From an uncultured Nitrospiraceae bacterium (GTDB lineage Bacteria > Nitrospirota > Thermodesulfovibrionia > Thermodesulfovibrionales > Dissulfurispiraceae): a stretch of DNA of 64,000 nucleotides. This document shows positions 30,548 through 40,778 of this stretch, in pieces. The notes under the pieces are model-generated. The model saw only the letters and a list, made by a program, of their open reading frames with translations, did not search any database and was not told the origin of the DNA. Made by a program: the position numbers and the translations under genes. The DNA is taken from contig CAVSHF010000005.1 of the NCBI GenBank assembly GCA_963727805.1, forward strand, positions 1 to 64,000, given 5' to 3'. The first letter of the stretch is position 1. Each line of letters begins with the position of its first letter.

Positions 30548-30652
30548 CTACTTAAAGTCATTACCGCAGTGATACGGCTCATTACTCAAGTTTTCGTTCG
30601 GATGTCGATACCTGCGCTCGTCGGTTGAGAATGTTTGTGCCTACTGAAAGTC
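30548..30652 (+). repeat. Type-A site followed 93 bp later by a type-B start
   Basis: CTACTTAAAGTC at 30548; CTACTGAAAGTC at 30641. Confidence 0.75.
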
Positions 30653-30967
30653 CGCACATTGCGATAGACCGTCGCAATGTGAATTTCTGAGAATAACCTT
30701 TATCAGCAAGGCAGTCTCGCTCAAAAGAGTGAAAATAAAAATATTTGTTGCCGACATGTATGCAAAGAAGTATCATTGTGTCTAGGATGGCTCTATGGAA
30801 GCAAGATCGAGTTGAGGGACGAAATATTATATTGCAGACCTGACCCCGATGATTATTCTTTCCCCCATTGCATGTTACAATGACTCATGAATAACGAAGG
30901 ATCCATACTGATTTTTAAAGCACCCTCCTGTCCCTCGACCGGTCCAGCCTGCTGATTTGATATCTCT

Positions 30968-31654
30968 ATGCTGACACCTCCATATCTTGTCAATGAACAC
31001 TATGATGACCGTTACTTTGATGTTGTAAATGCCATTGAAAAGGCCAAGCATATCTATTTTGAGGGCACATGCATTATCGACATGCTTAAAAAACGCTCCG
31101 GGCTCAGCATTGGCGAAACGGGCTTTGGCGCTGGTCGCCTGCTTATCTCGCTCATGGATTATTTAGACGACTCCGACATGACTGACATTGCGATAACCTA
31201 CAACTCCGCAGAACTGCATCCAATCTCCAGCGAGCGTATGGCATCCATACTGGAAGGATTCATTGAACCTGTCGGACATTTAATAGATCAGCTCGTGCGG
31301 GCATACGGCAGCATTGATACAACAAGATCCGGATGGCACCAAATACAACTGACCCAGCCTTTTGGCACAATTACCCTTAATCTCTACATCGGCGAAGCCC
31401 TCGAAATGGTCAACGCACTTGCAACGCGCTGCGACGCCTGGTTTTTGGACGGCCATGGACCAAAGAAAAATCCAGCCATCTGGCGGCCTGAGCTGCTTAT
31501 GGCGATCGGAGAAAAAACAGCTTCTGGCGGGACTTGCGCCACATTTACAGTCGCGGGAGCTGTCCGCCGCGGCCTCGCATCAGCAGGATTCAGTGTTGAA
31601 CAGGTCCCCGGCTTCGGCGGGAAAAAGGCTGTGCTTAAAGGAGTGAAGAATTAG
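30968..31654 (+). CDS. MnmC N-terminal-like (MnmD) methyltransferase domain protein
   Basis: IGETGFGAG, DAWFLDG..PKKNP, TFTVAG.VRRGL, GFGGKK. Confidence 0.8.
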   Translation: MLTPPYLVNEHYDDRYFDVVNAIEKAKHIYFEGTCIIDMLKKRSGLSIGETGFGAGRLLISLMDYLDDSDMTDIAITYNSAELHPISSERMASILEGFIEPVGHLIDQLVRAYGSIDTTRSGWHQIQLTQPFGTITLNLYIGEALEMVNALATRCDAWFLDGHGPKKNPAIWRPELLMAIGEKTASGGTCATFTVAGAVRRGLASAGFSVEQVPGFGGKKAVLKGVKN

Positions 31655-31832
31655 AAATGAAAATGCAGGCAAAAAGGGGCAGACTGATATCAAGAACATT
31701 ACGGTGTGTCCATCAAGAGCAGCACCCTTATCTATAAGAAGATTAATTATTTCGTTATCCAGGCTGTGAGCGGCATTATATTTAATGTGTGGAAATAAAG
31801 GAGAAATCATGATAGGCTTACAACAAACGACA

Positions 31833-32162
31833 TCAGAATATTTTTAAGATGATAAAAGCGACTGTCACATATAGGATGAATCCAGTTATGAGCGAGGAGA
31901 CAAAGCCAACTCGCGGCGACAAATAAATAATAGAAAAAATATACATCAACCATGGGAAGAGCATAATGATCAGCCCTTTGGCATAAGGTACAATACCCTT
32001 CTGTCCAACTTCATTATAAATAGTAAGGAATGTGATAAGAGTGATAACAGGCATAGTGGCAAGAAATGCTGCGAGAAGACTCTTGGTATGACTAGCAAAA
32101 TAAGTAACGCTACTTATTACTATCCCACCGATTAAGAAGTAAAGAATATATTTTAAGGTCAT
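31833..32162 (-). CDS. Small membrane protein (DUF3147-like)
   Basis: FLIGG...AAFLATMP; four hydrophobic segments. Confidence 0.65.
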   Translation of the reverse strand: MTLKYILYFLIGGIVISSVTYFASHTKSLLAAFLATMPVITLITFLTIYNEVGQKGIVPYAKGLIIMLFPWLMYIFSIIYLSPRVGFVSSLITGFILYVTVAFIILKIF

Positions 32163-32250
32163 ACAATTTTACTTTCAAAATTAATGCATTTGTCGGCAAA
32201 AGCGAAGTGACACTCCCACGCGGCAAGCCGCGGGGCATCTTGAGCGCAGC

Positions 32251-32679
32251 TCAAAAGAGCTGCGCAGGCCCTTGCTCATCTTGACGATGATGCCTTATAT
32301 ACTTTTCGACAATTTGCCGAGTCATACGGTCTCCGACAGTTCGGGCGAAATATCTATCCTCCCACAACTGCCCGCTCCACAATCGTTGCTTGATTCGAGG
32401 GAACTCACGAAACAGCTCCCTTGCGCTTATACTTTTCAGTGCCCTAACAACTTGCCCAATTGAATACTTCGGATGAAACGACATCAGTATATGAACGTGG
32501 TCTACTCCGACTTCCATCTCCTGTATCTCAAATTCATACTCGTCGCTGATTTCACGAAAGAGCTGTTCCGCTCGTTGCCTAAGTTCAGCATCCTGAAATA
32601 TTGTCTTGCGTCGTTTCGGACACCATACCAGGTGGTATGTCGTGTCGTAGACCACATGACTCGCCCTTTTGAGTGCCAT
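32251..32679 (-). CDS. tnpA: IS200/IS605 Y1 transposase
   Basis: YHLVWCPK, DHVHI, LKSISAR, LW...YF, YI..H. Confidence 0.92.
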   Translation of the reverse strand: MALKRASHVVYDTTYHLVWCPKRRKTIFQDAELRQRAEQLFREISDEYEFEIQEMEVGVDHVHILMSFHPKYSIGQVVRALKSISARELFREFPRIKQRLWSGQLWEDRYFARTVGDRMTRQIVEKYIRHHRQDEQGPAQLF

Positions 32680-32785
32680 ACCATATGTTATACCACACTA
32701 CGCAAGGGCCTTAGCGGATAAGGGAGACTCCCTGTCTCCCTTATAACCCTCTAGGCAAGGCATGCATTCATCCCACGCGGCAAGC

Positions 32786-34466
32786 AGGCTGTCCGACAAT
32801 TATCAAGTTATCCGGTGGTAGAATATATTTAAGAACGATATCAAGGAGTACACCCGATGGCATACATTGAGTCGTATGGAGGGCAATCCTGGCTACTGCC
32901 GCCGAGTTTAGAAGATATGATACCCGAAGATCATATTTGTTTTCTCATTGAAGGATTGGTTGACTCCCTGGATTATGGTTGCTTCGATATCCGCTATTCA
33001 GGTGCCGGACATCCGGCATATCATCCAAAAATGCTGGTGAAGTTGCTGATCATGGGAGTTCTGGACAGGGTGCGCTCATCTCGTCGACTGGCACGCAATG
33101 CCAGAGAGAACGTGGTGTATATATATTTGGCGGAGAAGCTGACTCCTGACTTCAGGACTATCAGCGATTTCAGAAAGAACAACCCTGATCTACTAAAGGA
33201 AGTCTTCAAGCACACAGTTAGTTTTGCCAAAGAGGAAGGATTGTTGGATTTGTCGCATCTGTCGACAGATGGAACCAAAGTGAAGGCAAATGCATCAAAC
33301 AGGCGAGTATTAACAAAAGAGGAGTTGGCGGTTCTGAGAAGCTTTGTCGATGGTGAGCTTCAGGAGTGGGCAGAGATTGATGAGAGTGAGGATCGGCAGT
33401 TCGGTGAACTACGGGGTAGCGACCAACTGTCCCGGCAGGGCAAAAAACTTGTTCAGAAAGCTGCACAGTACTATGTTAAGAGGGCTAAAGAAGAAGGGCA
33501 TGTTTTTATAGGTCGACTCAGAGAAGGTCTTCAAGGAGCTCAAGACAAAGTTAATGAGGAAGGGCTAAAGCAGGTAAGCACGACAGATCCTGATAGTCGT
33601 TTTATGAAAAATAAGAAAGGCAGGATAGAGCTTTCTTATAATCCTCAGGTGACAGTGGATAAGGGTGGGTTCATTTTGGCTAGTGACGTGGGGCAGAATG
33701 CTGCAGATGTCAGCCAGTTGCAACCTCAGGTTATACAAACCACAGAGAATCTTGGCGGAATTGCTGATAGTATTATTTGGAGTTTTGATTCTGGATATTT
33801 TAGCGGTGAGAACATTGCATTTCTATCGGACAGGAAGATAGATGCATACATGCCTGACAATAGTGGGACGCGGGCAAACAACCCATACGACAAGAAGAAC
33901 TTTACATACAATAAACAAAGGGATGAGTATATTTGTCCTGCTGATCACCCGCTAACATTCTTGGGCGAACATTTTGACAGACAGAGGGACAAGATGGTGA
34001 GAGTCTATCGTGGTCAGAGATGCTTGGGATGTGAGCATCAGCGACTGTGTACCAAACAGAAGGACGGCATACGCTCTCTGAAGGTGTTCCCTCACGAAGT
34101 TCACTGCAATGCGATGACTGAAAAAATGAAAACGCCTGCAGCAAGATATATATATAAGCTTAGACAACAGATTGTTGAACCTGTGATCGGCGATATCAAG
34201 GAGAACAAAGGATTGCGAACATTTCTGACGAGAGGAATTAATTCGGTAAGGTCGGAATTTAACCTTGCCTGTACGGCAGTAAATCTGAAAAAGATATGGG
34301 AATGCCTGAAGGGAAGAGGAAAGCCTCCGAAAGAGGGCAACTACTGCCATACGCCAAGGAAGCTTTTGCTGGAGATACTATGTATAAAGCAGATAGCCCC
34401 GTTATGTTTTCAGGATGGCGAGGCATCCGTCATTTGTCTCTAATTTCGATAATTGTCGGACAGCCT
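32786..34466 (+). mobile_element. IS1182 family element, copy 1
   Basis: IR AGGCTGTCCGACAATTATC; flanked by GCAAGC on both sides. Confidence 0.92.
32857..34443 (+). CDS. IS1182 family transposase
   Basis: PAYHP.ML, SSRRL, PDFRTISDFR, DGTKVKANAS, VEPV.G.IK. Confidence 0.93.
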   Translation: MAYIESYGGQSWLLPPSLEDMIPEDHICFLIEGLVDSLDYGCFDIRYSGAGHPAYHPKMLVKLLIMGVLDRVRSSRRLARNARENVVYIYLAEKLTPDFRTISDFRKNNPDLLKEVFKHTVSFAKEEGLLDLSHLSTDGTKVKANASNRRVLTKEELAVLRSFVDGELQEWAEIDESEDRQFGELRGSDQLSRQGKKLVQKAAQYYVKRAKEEGHVFIGRLREGLQGAQDKVNEEGLKQVSTTDPDSRFMKNKKGRIELSYNPQVTVDKGGFILASDVGQNAADVSQLQPQVIQTTENLGGIADSIIWSFDSGYFSGENIAFLSDRKIDAYMPDNSGTRANNPYDKKNFTYNKQRDEYICPADHPLTFLGEHFDRQRDKMVRVYRGQRCLGCEHQRLCTKQKDGIRSLKVFPHEVHCNAMTEKMKTPAARYIYKLRQQIVEPVIGDIKENKGLRTFLTRGINSVRSEFNLACTAVNLKKIWECLKGRGKPPKEGNYCHTPRKLLLEILCIKQIAPLCFQDGEASVICL

Positions 34467-34744
34467 GCAAGCCGCGGGGCACTCTGCAAAGGCTTTCGGT
34501 AGTCGCCCTAAAATAGCAAGAAATGCAAGCAAAATAGCTATGACAATGAGAAAGATAAACCACCATTTCGTCGGTTTCGCGAGTGATCCTGAAGGATTCT
34601 TCACTAGACCGAAGGTTTTAATATTTTTCCCCATCCTTACATGATTAGTATAACCTATTGATGTCGTATACAAAAGCCATTGACTAGTATTTTGGGGACA
34701 ACGTTCATCTACACCCGCAAAGCTTTATTTCAACCTAGAAACTT

Positions 34745-35445
34745 CTACTTATAATCGCGAGTCCGCCCGTTAAGCTACAGATACGATGGTCGAGTAGGCC
34801 GGTGGAATCGCACCACCAGCCCCTCACAGATTCCGTACGTGAACCTCTCGATTCATACGGCTCGTGTCAATCATCAAGTTGAGTCTTTGCAGTCTCAACC
34901 ATACACATTGAGCGATAGTTCCTCCTGGTCACCCAGTTGACTGGTACTCTTTGTGGATTGACCCATCCCCTTCCCTCCACGGCTTATTATCACCGCTTCA
35001 TCGGTACTATTGGACGGTCCGACCCCTTCACCTGCATCGATACTTTCCCCCTTCGTTTGCACTTATAGGGTTTTCTCTTAGCATCAGATGAAGAGTTCCC
35101 GCGTTCCACACAGGAGCCTAGATCAGCTTCATGCCGCCTCTATGCCGGACGCCGTTCAGGCAGTAAACAGGTATCTCCTGAACTAATCCTGATGCAAAGT
35201 AAGAACATCAGTTTTGACGTCGTCCTTTTCCTTTCGACACCTCATCAGCGGTTCGCTTACGCTCATCTCTCTGATCCATCCCTGACACGATCTAGTCGTG
35301 CCTTTTCCTTTAACGCTCACCACCGGAGCCTTTCGACTACAGCAGCTTAAGGTGGGTTGAAGCCTGCTCCTGCAAGCCGGCTTCGAGGGGCCAACCCTCA
35401 TCTTCCTGTGCAGCCTCGTGGCGCACTTACGACCGGAAAGTATCT
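34745..35445 (+). repeat. Type-A site interrupted after +44 by an ORF-less intron
   Basis: CTACTTATAATC...TG|intron|TTACGACCGGAAA. Confidence 0.8.
34789..35426 (-). ncRNA. ORF-less group II intron, copy 1 (638 nt)
   Basis: 5' GTGCG; domain V GAGCCGTATGAA...CACGTACGGA; 3' ...CTCGAC; 5' domains highly similar to the RT intron at 45111-46945. Confidence 0.9.
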
Positions 35446-35503
35446 TGCTCAGTTCTCAAACCGAATCCTTTGCTGCCGAATGTCACAAGGTATAGCGACC
35501 TAG

Positions 35504-36094
35504 TCAGTTTGCGCCCGCTGGTTGGCCTTTCCTATCAATCCCCATGGAAGGGCTGCGATCATGCTTGCTTGCTCTCGCTCTATCAGCAATTGACCTGATT
35601 TCACCCAAAAAATCTTTCATTGCTATTTCAGTTTCGTTCTGAATACTCCCCATAATATAGCTGTTCGTTTTTTTAACAGCATCGTTGATAACTTTCAGTT
35701 CGCGCTGACCTTCCGGGGTTTTGTAATGCGCGATTGCAGCACGCATATCACTTTCTGGCAGCCCATCAACTAAGGATGCTGAATATATTCTTGCTGCCTC
35801 CGCCGAATTCCAGGAATTAGTAACTCTGTGACCAAACTCCTGCGCCGCTACTTTAAATTCTTTCAAGGCTGAGTCGGGTATATTCGGATTGGAGTTCTGA
35901 AGCTGTGCAATGATGCCATCCATTTGTCCCTCAACCATTTTGATTGTATCCTTGCGTACCGATTCTAGCATTGAATCAAATCCAAGAACCTGCATCAAAT
36001 CTTTTGCTAGTTCCGTTTGGTCTGCCGCTAATGCAATATTTGATGTCGTACCAATCAGAATAACAACCACAAACATAATAATTTTCTTCATAAT
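35504..36094 (-). CDS. Exported hypothetical protein (DUF2059-like)
   Basis: Signal peptide; Y...L...D......HYKTPEGQ. Confidence 0.65.
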   Translation of the reverse strand: MMKKIIMFVVVILIGTTSNIALAADQTELAKDLMQVLGFDSMLESVRKDTIKMVEGQMDGIIAQLQNSNPNIPDSALKEFKVAAQEFGHRVTNSWNSAEAARIYSASLVDGLPESDMRAAIAHYKTPEGQRELKVINDAVKKTNSYIMGSIQNETEIAMKDFLGEIRSIADRARASKHDRSPSMGIDRKGQPAGAN

Positions 36095-36112
36095 CATCTC
36101 CTTTTGTCTTGC

Positions 36113-36178
36113 CACTAAGAATCTCACTGGGAGGCGTGGGGAGTTTCACGCCGATCCAGTGAAGCGTGATGTTATATC
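36113..36178 (-). repeat. attC-like site between lepB and the next gene
   Basis: Minus strand ATATAAC...TCACTGGATCGGCGTG...CACGCCTCCCAGTGA...CTTAGTG imperfect palindrome. Confidence 0.65.
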
Positions 36179-36185
36179 GGCTTTA

Positions 36186-37034
36186 TTATTGAACAGGCTT
36201 ACCAATCCTGTCCCAACGAACCTCGCGATTCACTTTATCCCATGACCAATACAAACTCATGACCTTGCCCTCAATTGTATCCTTTGGAACATAGCCCCAG
36301 AAGCGGCTATCGTAGCTCTGATCACGATTGTCGCCCATAACGAATAATTTTCCCGGCGGAATGGTAACTGGACCAAAATTGTCTCTTGGGTCTCGAAAAC
36401 TGCTGGAATCAGTATTGATCTTGTAAGGTTCTGATTGTTCTTTACCATTAATATAAAGTCTTTTGTCTCTGATCTCGACAATATCGCCTTCAACAGCAAT
36501 GAGTCTTTTGAGCCAAGCACGTGAGGGATCCTCAGGATAGGGGAATATGATGATGTCGCCACGCTTTGGTTCTGCAGTTTTATATATTAATTTGTTCACC
36601 AGAATATGATCGCCGAGTAGCAATGTCGGCATCATGGCACCGGAGGATATGTTGTATGCCCGAATCAAATTGGCTTTTACGCCAGCAGATACAAGCGTTG
36701 ATACCAAAAATGATAAAACAACAACGTAGCCAACATATACAAACCATCTGTTATATTTTGCTACTTCGTAGTTCTCTTTATGTTTTTTTGCGATTGATAC
36801 CGCGTCGACGACACAAAAGACGATAAAAGCTAGGCCGCCAACTAACGCGAAGACCAAGGAAGCAGGGTTGGGTACAATGATAAGCACTGAAACTGCAAAG
36901 ACAATCAATAAACATTGCTCAATACCGAATAATATCAGACCTCTTTTGGGGCTGCCCGAGTATAGGTGACCAAGACCCCTTGTCAGTAATGTTAGTAGTG
37001 CAGCGATCCATGGTCGCCTGGGCTTATTGGTCAC
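36186..37034 (-). CDS. lepB: Signal peptidase I (accessory copy, cassette-like)
   Basis: MMPTL..GD, KRLI, GDNRDQSYDSRFWG; box B reads SGAM instead of the usual SGSM. Confidence 0.85.
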   Translation of the reverse strand: MTNKPRRPWIAALLTLLTRGLGHLYSGSPKRGLILFGIEQCLLIVFAVSVLIIVPNPASLVFALVGGLAFIVFCVVDAVSIAKKHKENYEVAKYNRWFVYVGYVVVLSFLVSTLVSAGVKANLIRAYNISSGAMMPTLLLGDHILVNKLIYKTAEPKRGDIIIFPYPEDPSRAWLKRLIAVEGDIVEIRDKRLYINGKEQSEPYKINTDSSSFRDPRDNFGPVTIPPGKLFVMGDNRDQSYDSRFWGYVPKDTIEGKVMSLYWSWDKVNREVRWDRIGKPVQ

Positions 37035-37168
37035 AGTATGCCCCCCAATATTTGATAAATAACAATTATTAAGCCAACTTGGTATTTACTGCCAAAAGTA
37101 TATCACATTGCAACGGAGATTAGAACAAAATCCATTAAAAGTATTTGTCACAATTGCGTTCGTGTGTT

Positions 37169-37228
37169 CTACTTATCATTGCGATTGCGTCACCCACGCC
37201 GCGGACGCTATGTTTCAGCTGATAATTG
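37169..37228 (+). repeat. Type-A dispersed site (divergent)
   Basis: CTACTTATCATT-N30-TGTTTCAGCTGATAATT. Confidence 0.6.
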
Positions 37229-37344
37229 TCAATATTTGAGCCGGAGCATCGCAAATCTTAATTCCTCGACGCCCCGGCTAAGGGGAAGGTCTTGCTGCGT
37301 TGATCTCCTATGTCAGAACTCTGGATGTTGTTTGTCTGCTCCGC

Positions 37345-37527
37345 TTATTTCCTCTTTAAGCCAGGCGCCCTTAGTGCCAGTCTCGGTCTGATGGTGGGAA
37401 CAACACGTTCAAACTGGCGGGGCCGATCTTCCTCTCGCATGTACCCTCTGGCAGTCTGGAATTCACCAGCCTCGGCAAAGGTAATAGCTAAAAACATATT
37501 TTCTAGATTCTTTCCAAATGTTTTCAT
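37345..37527 (-). CDS. Small hypothetical protein (AITFAEAGE motif)
   Basis: AAGGAG RBS; sigma54-like promoter upstream. Confidence 0.65.
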   Translation of the reverse strand: MKTFGKNLENMFLAITFAEAGEFQTARGYMREEDRPRQFERVVPTIRPRLALRAPGLKRK

Positions 37528-37574
37528 AATAATCTCCTTTGGTACTTACATTTTGATATCGTCGATATTTACAT

Positions 37575-37591
37575 AGCATTTATCATGCCGA
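37575..37591 (-). promoter_or_regulatory. Putative sigma54 -24/-12 promoter
   Basis: CGGCATGATAAATGCT (GG-N10-GC). Confidence 0.55.
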
Positions 37592-37867
37592 TTTGCATTC
37601 TGTGGATATATAAGGAATTAGCTCGGAATTAAACGCTCACAGGCGTTTCAATTTGTAATAATTTAATTAAGCATAGAGCACCCGTCTATGTAGGAATGGG
37701 CTTCCCTTTGTATGTTTGATGGCAAATATCAGATTAACGGGAGCAACGTTGCATTAATTATTTCCCCATTGCTAATTGCAACATACGGAGTGGAAATAAC
37801 CATATTACTGATGCTACTGAATTAGCAGACTTGCAGATGGCATCGAGAACTTGCTCGTTCGGTGTTT

Positions 37868-37927
37868 CTACTTAAAATCTCGATCATGTCATTTGGGGCC
37901 AGAGCTGGAGAATATTTCTGGCAATCA
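37868..37927 (+). repeat. Type-A dispersed site
   Basis: CTACTTAAAATC-N30-GAATATTTCTGGCAATC. Confidence 0.8.
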
Positions 37928-38053
37928 TCGCATTAAACCATGTCGAAATATGAAGCTAATTTGACCGAAACACCACGACGTGTCAGACTTAATCATTCCC
38001 GCATGCATTAGGGAAATCAACATTCTGGTTTTTGATGGTAAAGTAACAGTGCT

Positions 38054-38641
38054 ATGAAAAAGCTCGGCCGGTCATTTTTTCATCAAGACGCGATCAAGCT
38101 TGCGCGCGCTTTGATCGGAACAATTCTCGTGCATCGTGTTCGGGGCAAGGAATACCGGGCGCGCATCGTAGAAACCGAAGCATATCTCGGCCCCAATGAC
38201 CTTGCTTCCCACTCCTCCAAAGGCAGAACAAAACGGACCGAGGTCATGTTCGGCCCTGCTGGTCATGCGTACGTCTACCTCATCTACGGGATGTACAACA
38301 TGTTCAATATTGTCGCGGGTGAAACTGGCAAACCACAGGCCGTGCTCATCCGCGCGGCCGAACCTCTCGATGAGTGGCGAGCTGATCTTTCCGGCCCTGG
38401 CAAACTCACGCGCGCTCTCAAAATCACTCGCTCTTACAATAGCATGGATCTATGCGGCGACAGGTTGTATCTTCTCTCCGGTTCCCGAATACGACTGCGG
38501 ATAAAAAGAAGTAAACGTATCGGCATTGAGTACGCAAAAGAATGGAAAGATATGCTGTTGCGTTTTTATGATGCGGATAGTCCAGCAGTGAGTGGCAATG
38601 TAAGCTGCCGGACACGCCCCAGTAATGCCATGCTAATATGA
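38054..38641 (+). CDS. mpg: 3-methyladenine DNA glycosylase (MPG/AAG)
   Basis: RIVETEAY, MFGPAGHAYVYLIYGM, AVLIRA, GPGKL, RIGI. Confidence 0.92.
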   Translation: MKKLGRSFFHQDAIKLARALIGTILVHRVRGKEYRARIVETEAYLGPNDLASHSSKGRTKRTEVMFGPAGHAYVYLIYGMYNMFNIVAGETGKPQAVLIRAAEPLDEWRADLSGPGKLTRALKITRSYNSMDLCGDRLYLLSGSRIRLRIKRSKRIGIEYAKEWKDMLLRFYDADSPAVSGNVSCRTRPSNAMLI

Positions 38642-38759
38642 AAAAAAAAGGAACAGTAACGGGCATGGACAACACGGAAACAAGCGCAGGCATTACCGGG
38701 CGGCATGCGGAGTCTAAGTGGGACGTCTCAGCTACCCGATCCTCGATAACTACTCCTAC

Positions 38760-40405
38760 CCCAGTTAATTCATAAATTTTCAGAACTGAGCCGAATTGAA
38801 GCTGTTTCATCGCTGAGAGCACGGTAGAATGGATTGTCAGTCAACTTTTTGAGGTGACGAGAGGCTTGTGGTCGCATGCAATACGATGTATGGGACACTG
38901 CAGCCCTGTTTTGAGCGCACTTCACCCGTTGGAACTTTACTGTGCTTTTGGGCTTCGGGAAATTTCAGCAGGTATCAGCGGCAAGTCGTCGATATGCCAA
39001 GGCAAAGATGTCTTTCCAAGGATAGCCGCTCGCCAGGCGGAACCATACCCGTCTGGCTGTCTGAACTACTTGGCCGCCGATCTTTAAGATCCTTGTCCTG
39101 AGCTGCTGAATCTGCATCGATGAGAACTCTGTTTCAGCAAGCGCTTGTCTGAGCCGCAGTACGAGCCAATATGCAGCCATGTGCAGAAAAAGCCTGAACT
39201 GATTGGCAGCAAAACGATGGCAACTTAACCGATCCGCCTTCAGCCCGTTTTTGAATTCATCAATGCGCACCTCGCAAGTGCCACCGCGCTCTGTGTAGAA
39301 CTCGTAGAGTTGTTTGGCCTCCATAGAAAGATTCGTCACCACAAACCGACGGTTTGGTCCCTGCGGCAGCCATTCGGCCTTCATGATTACTCGGCGTTCT
39401 TTTTCCCAGCTCTGTGCCTGATAAAAACCCTCTGCAAAGAGTCGTTGCTTCTGTCCTGTCTTTTCGTGGAGAGATTGTACCTTCTCAAGAAGTCTTTCGA
39501 TCATTCGCTCCAGTACGTCGTTGCGAATAAGGCCGATTACATAACTCAGCTTTTCTTTCTCGCAGTACTCATATAAGGCCGGGATCGCAAACCCCGCGTC
39601 ACCTCGTATGATGATCTCAGCATTGGGAAACGCTGCCTGGAGCTTCGCCACTATCCGCTTCAAGATTGAAACCACGCCATAACTTGCGTGTCGATTGCCT
39701 GCCCTCAATACTGCTGTGATCATCTCTCCTGTATCAGCATCATAGACCAACAAAGGATGATACATATACTGATCATAGTAGCCGTGAAAAAAGGTGAGCT
39801 GTTGGTCCCCATATGTAGGATCGTCGGTGCCGTCGACATCAATGATGATTCGCTTTGGCTTACGCTTCCGGTTGCGACGGACATACAGATCAACAAACCA
39901 CTGCCCCATCCGATAAAGATCTTCTTGGGTTACGGTGTTCTCCAACCTCGACAGTGTAGGCTGCGATCCCAGTTCCTTGTCGCTTGGCATCCTGCCGCAA
40001 GCTGCTTTCAATGCGGGATCTTTCCTCAGAAAGTTCGCGTCATTGCAGTCTTCATAGCCTGCCACTATCTGATATATTCGCTGTCTCAGAAGAGTCAACA
40101 AGTCATGATCTGTGTACCGACAATCCCGCCGGTCTGTGATGCAGCTCGCCAATCCTTTCAAGAGTCCCAATGCTTGATCGGCCTGCCTGACAAGCAGAAG
40201 TCCGGAGTCAGATGTGATCTCTCCGCCTCCAAAATCCACCGTCAGTTTGCGCTTCCGCAGGAATGAAAATCCAAGCTGTTCTGTGTTACACTTTGTCATA
40301 GTAGCCAATGTCCTTTCTTGGGTTTTTGTTGCTCGCACCTTCAATAATACCAAGGTTCAAAGGACGTTGGCTATTTTTTTGCCGATTATTTATGAATTAT
40401 CTGGG
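38760..40405 (-). mobile_element. IS1380 family element inserted in a type-A site (site starts at 38750)
   Basis: IR CCCAG(T/A)TAATTCATAA; 4-bp CTAC duplication. Confidence 0.92.
38965..40299 (-). CDS. IS1380 family transposase
   Basis: F.GG.ITSDSG, GYED.ND, SQPTLSRLEN, RGDAGF, Y..RG..E..I.E.K. Confidence 0.93.
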   Translation of the reverse strand: MTKCNTEQLGFSFLRKRKLTVDFGGGEITSDSGLLLVRQADQALGLLKGLASCITDRRDCRYTDHDLLTLLRQRIYQIVAGYEDCNDANFLRKDPALKAACGRMPSDKELGSQPTLSRLENTVTQEDLYRMGQWFVDLYVRRNRKRKPKRIIIDVDGTDDPTYGDQQLTFFHGYYDQYMYHPLLVYDADTGEMITAVLRAGNRHASYGVVSILKRIVAKLQAAFPNAEIIIRGDAGFAIPALYEYCEKEKLSYVIGLIRNDVLERMIERLLEKVQSLHEKTGQKQRLFAEGFYQAQSWEKERRVIMKAEWLPQGPNRRFVVTNLSMEAKQLYEFYTERGGTCEVRIDEFKNGLKADRLSCHRFAANQFRLFLHMAAYWLVLRLRQALAETEFSSMQIQQLRTRILKIGGQVVQTARRVWFRLASGYPWKDIFALAYRRLAADTC

Positions 40406-40778
40406 CTACACATCACCGCAGGGATATTGCTCATTATTCAAGCTTTCTTCCGGTAATCTAGACCGAAGCTCTTCCAATGGAAATCTTACCTGCACCTGAT
40501 ACACAACATTCGGCCATCTAAGAGACAGTGTTGGTTTCCAGTATAATCTGCTAAAACATTTTGTCTCAATTCCTTCCTGTACACCGCAAGAAGAGCACCA
40601 TGTGAGGCACTGCGATTTTTGTCTGATAAGTAACGAGCCAAAGGAGATACATGAGATGCGACCTGCACCGGGATTATTGTGCTTGTCGTCTCATCCATTT
40701 GGGGCTATAGTGTTAGTACAAAGGTGAGTGGTGAGTATTGCAATGCACTGCAGTGAACTTAGAGGAAGGAGAAACACA

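Larger units (their letters stand above)
32208..34497 (-). mobile_element. IS200/IS605-family element (tnpA only), one end interrupted by IS1182
   Basis: CCCACGCGGCAAGCCGCGGGG hairpins at both ends; Y1 transposase. Confidence 0.85.

Noticed and set aside
35183..35401. 72-aa ORF repeated at 63188-63406
   Set aside because: It falls within intron domain I RNA structure and is unlikely to be protein-coding.
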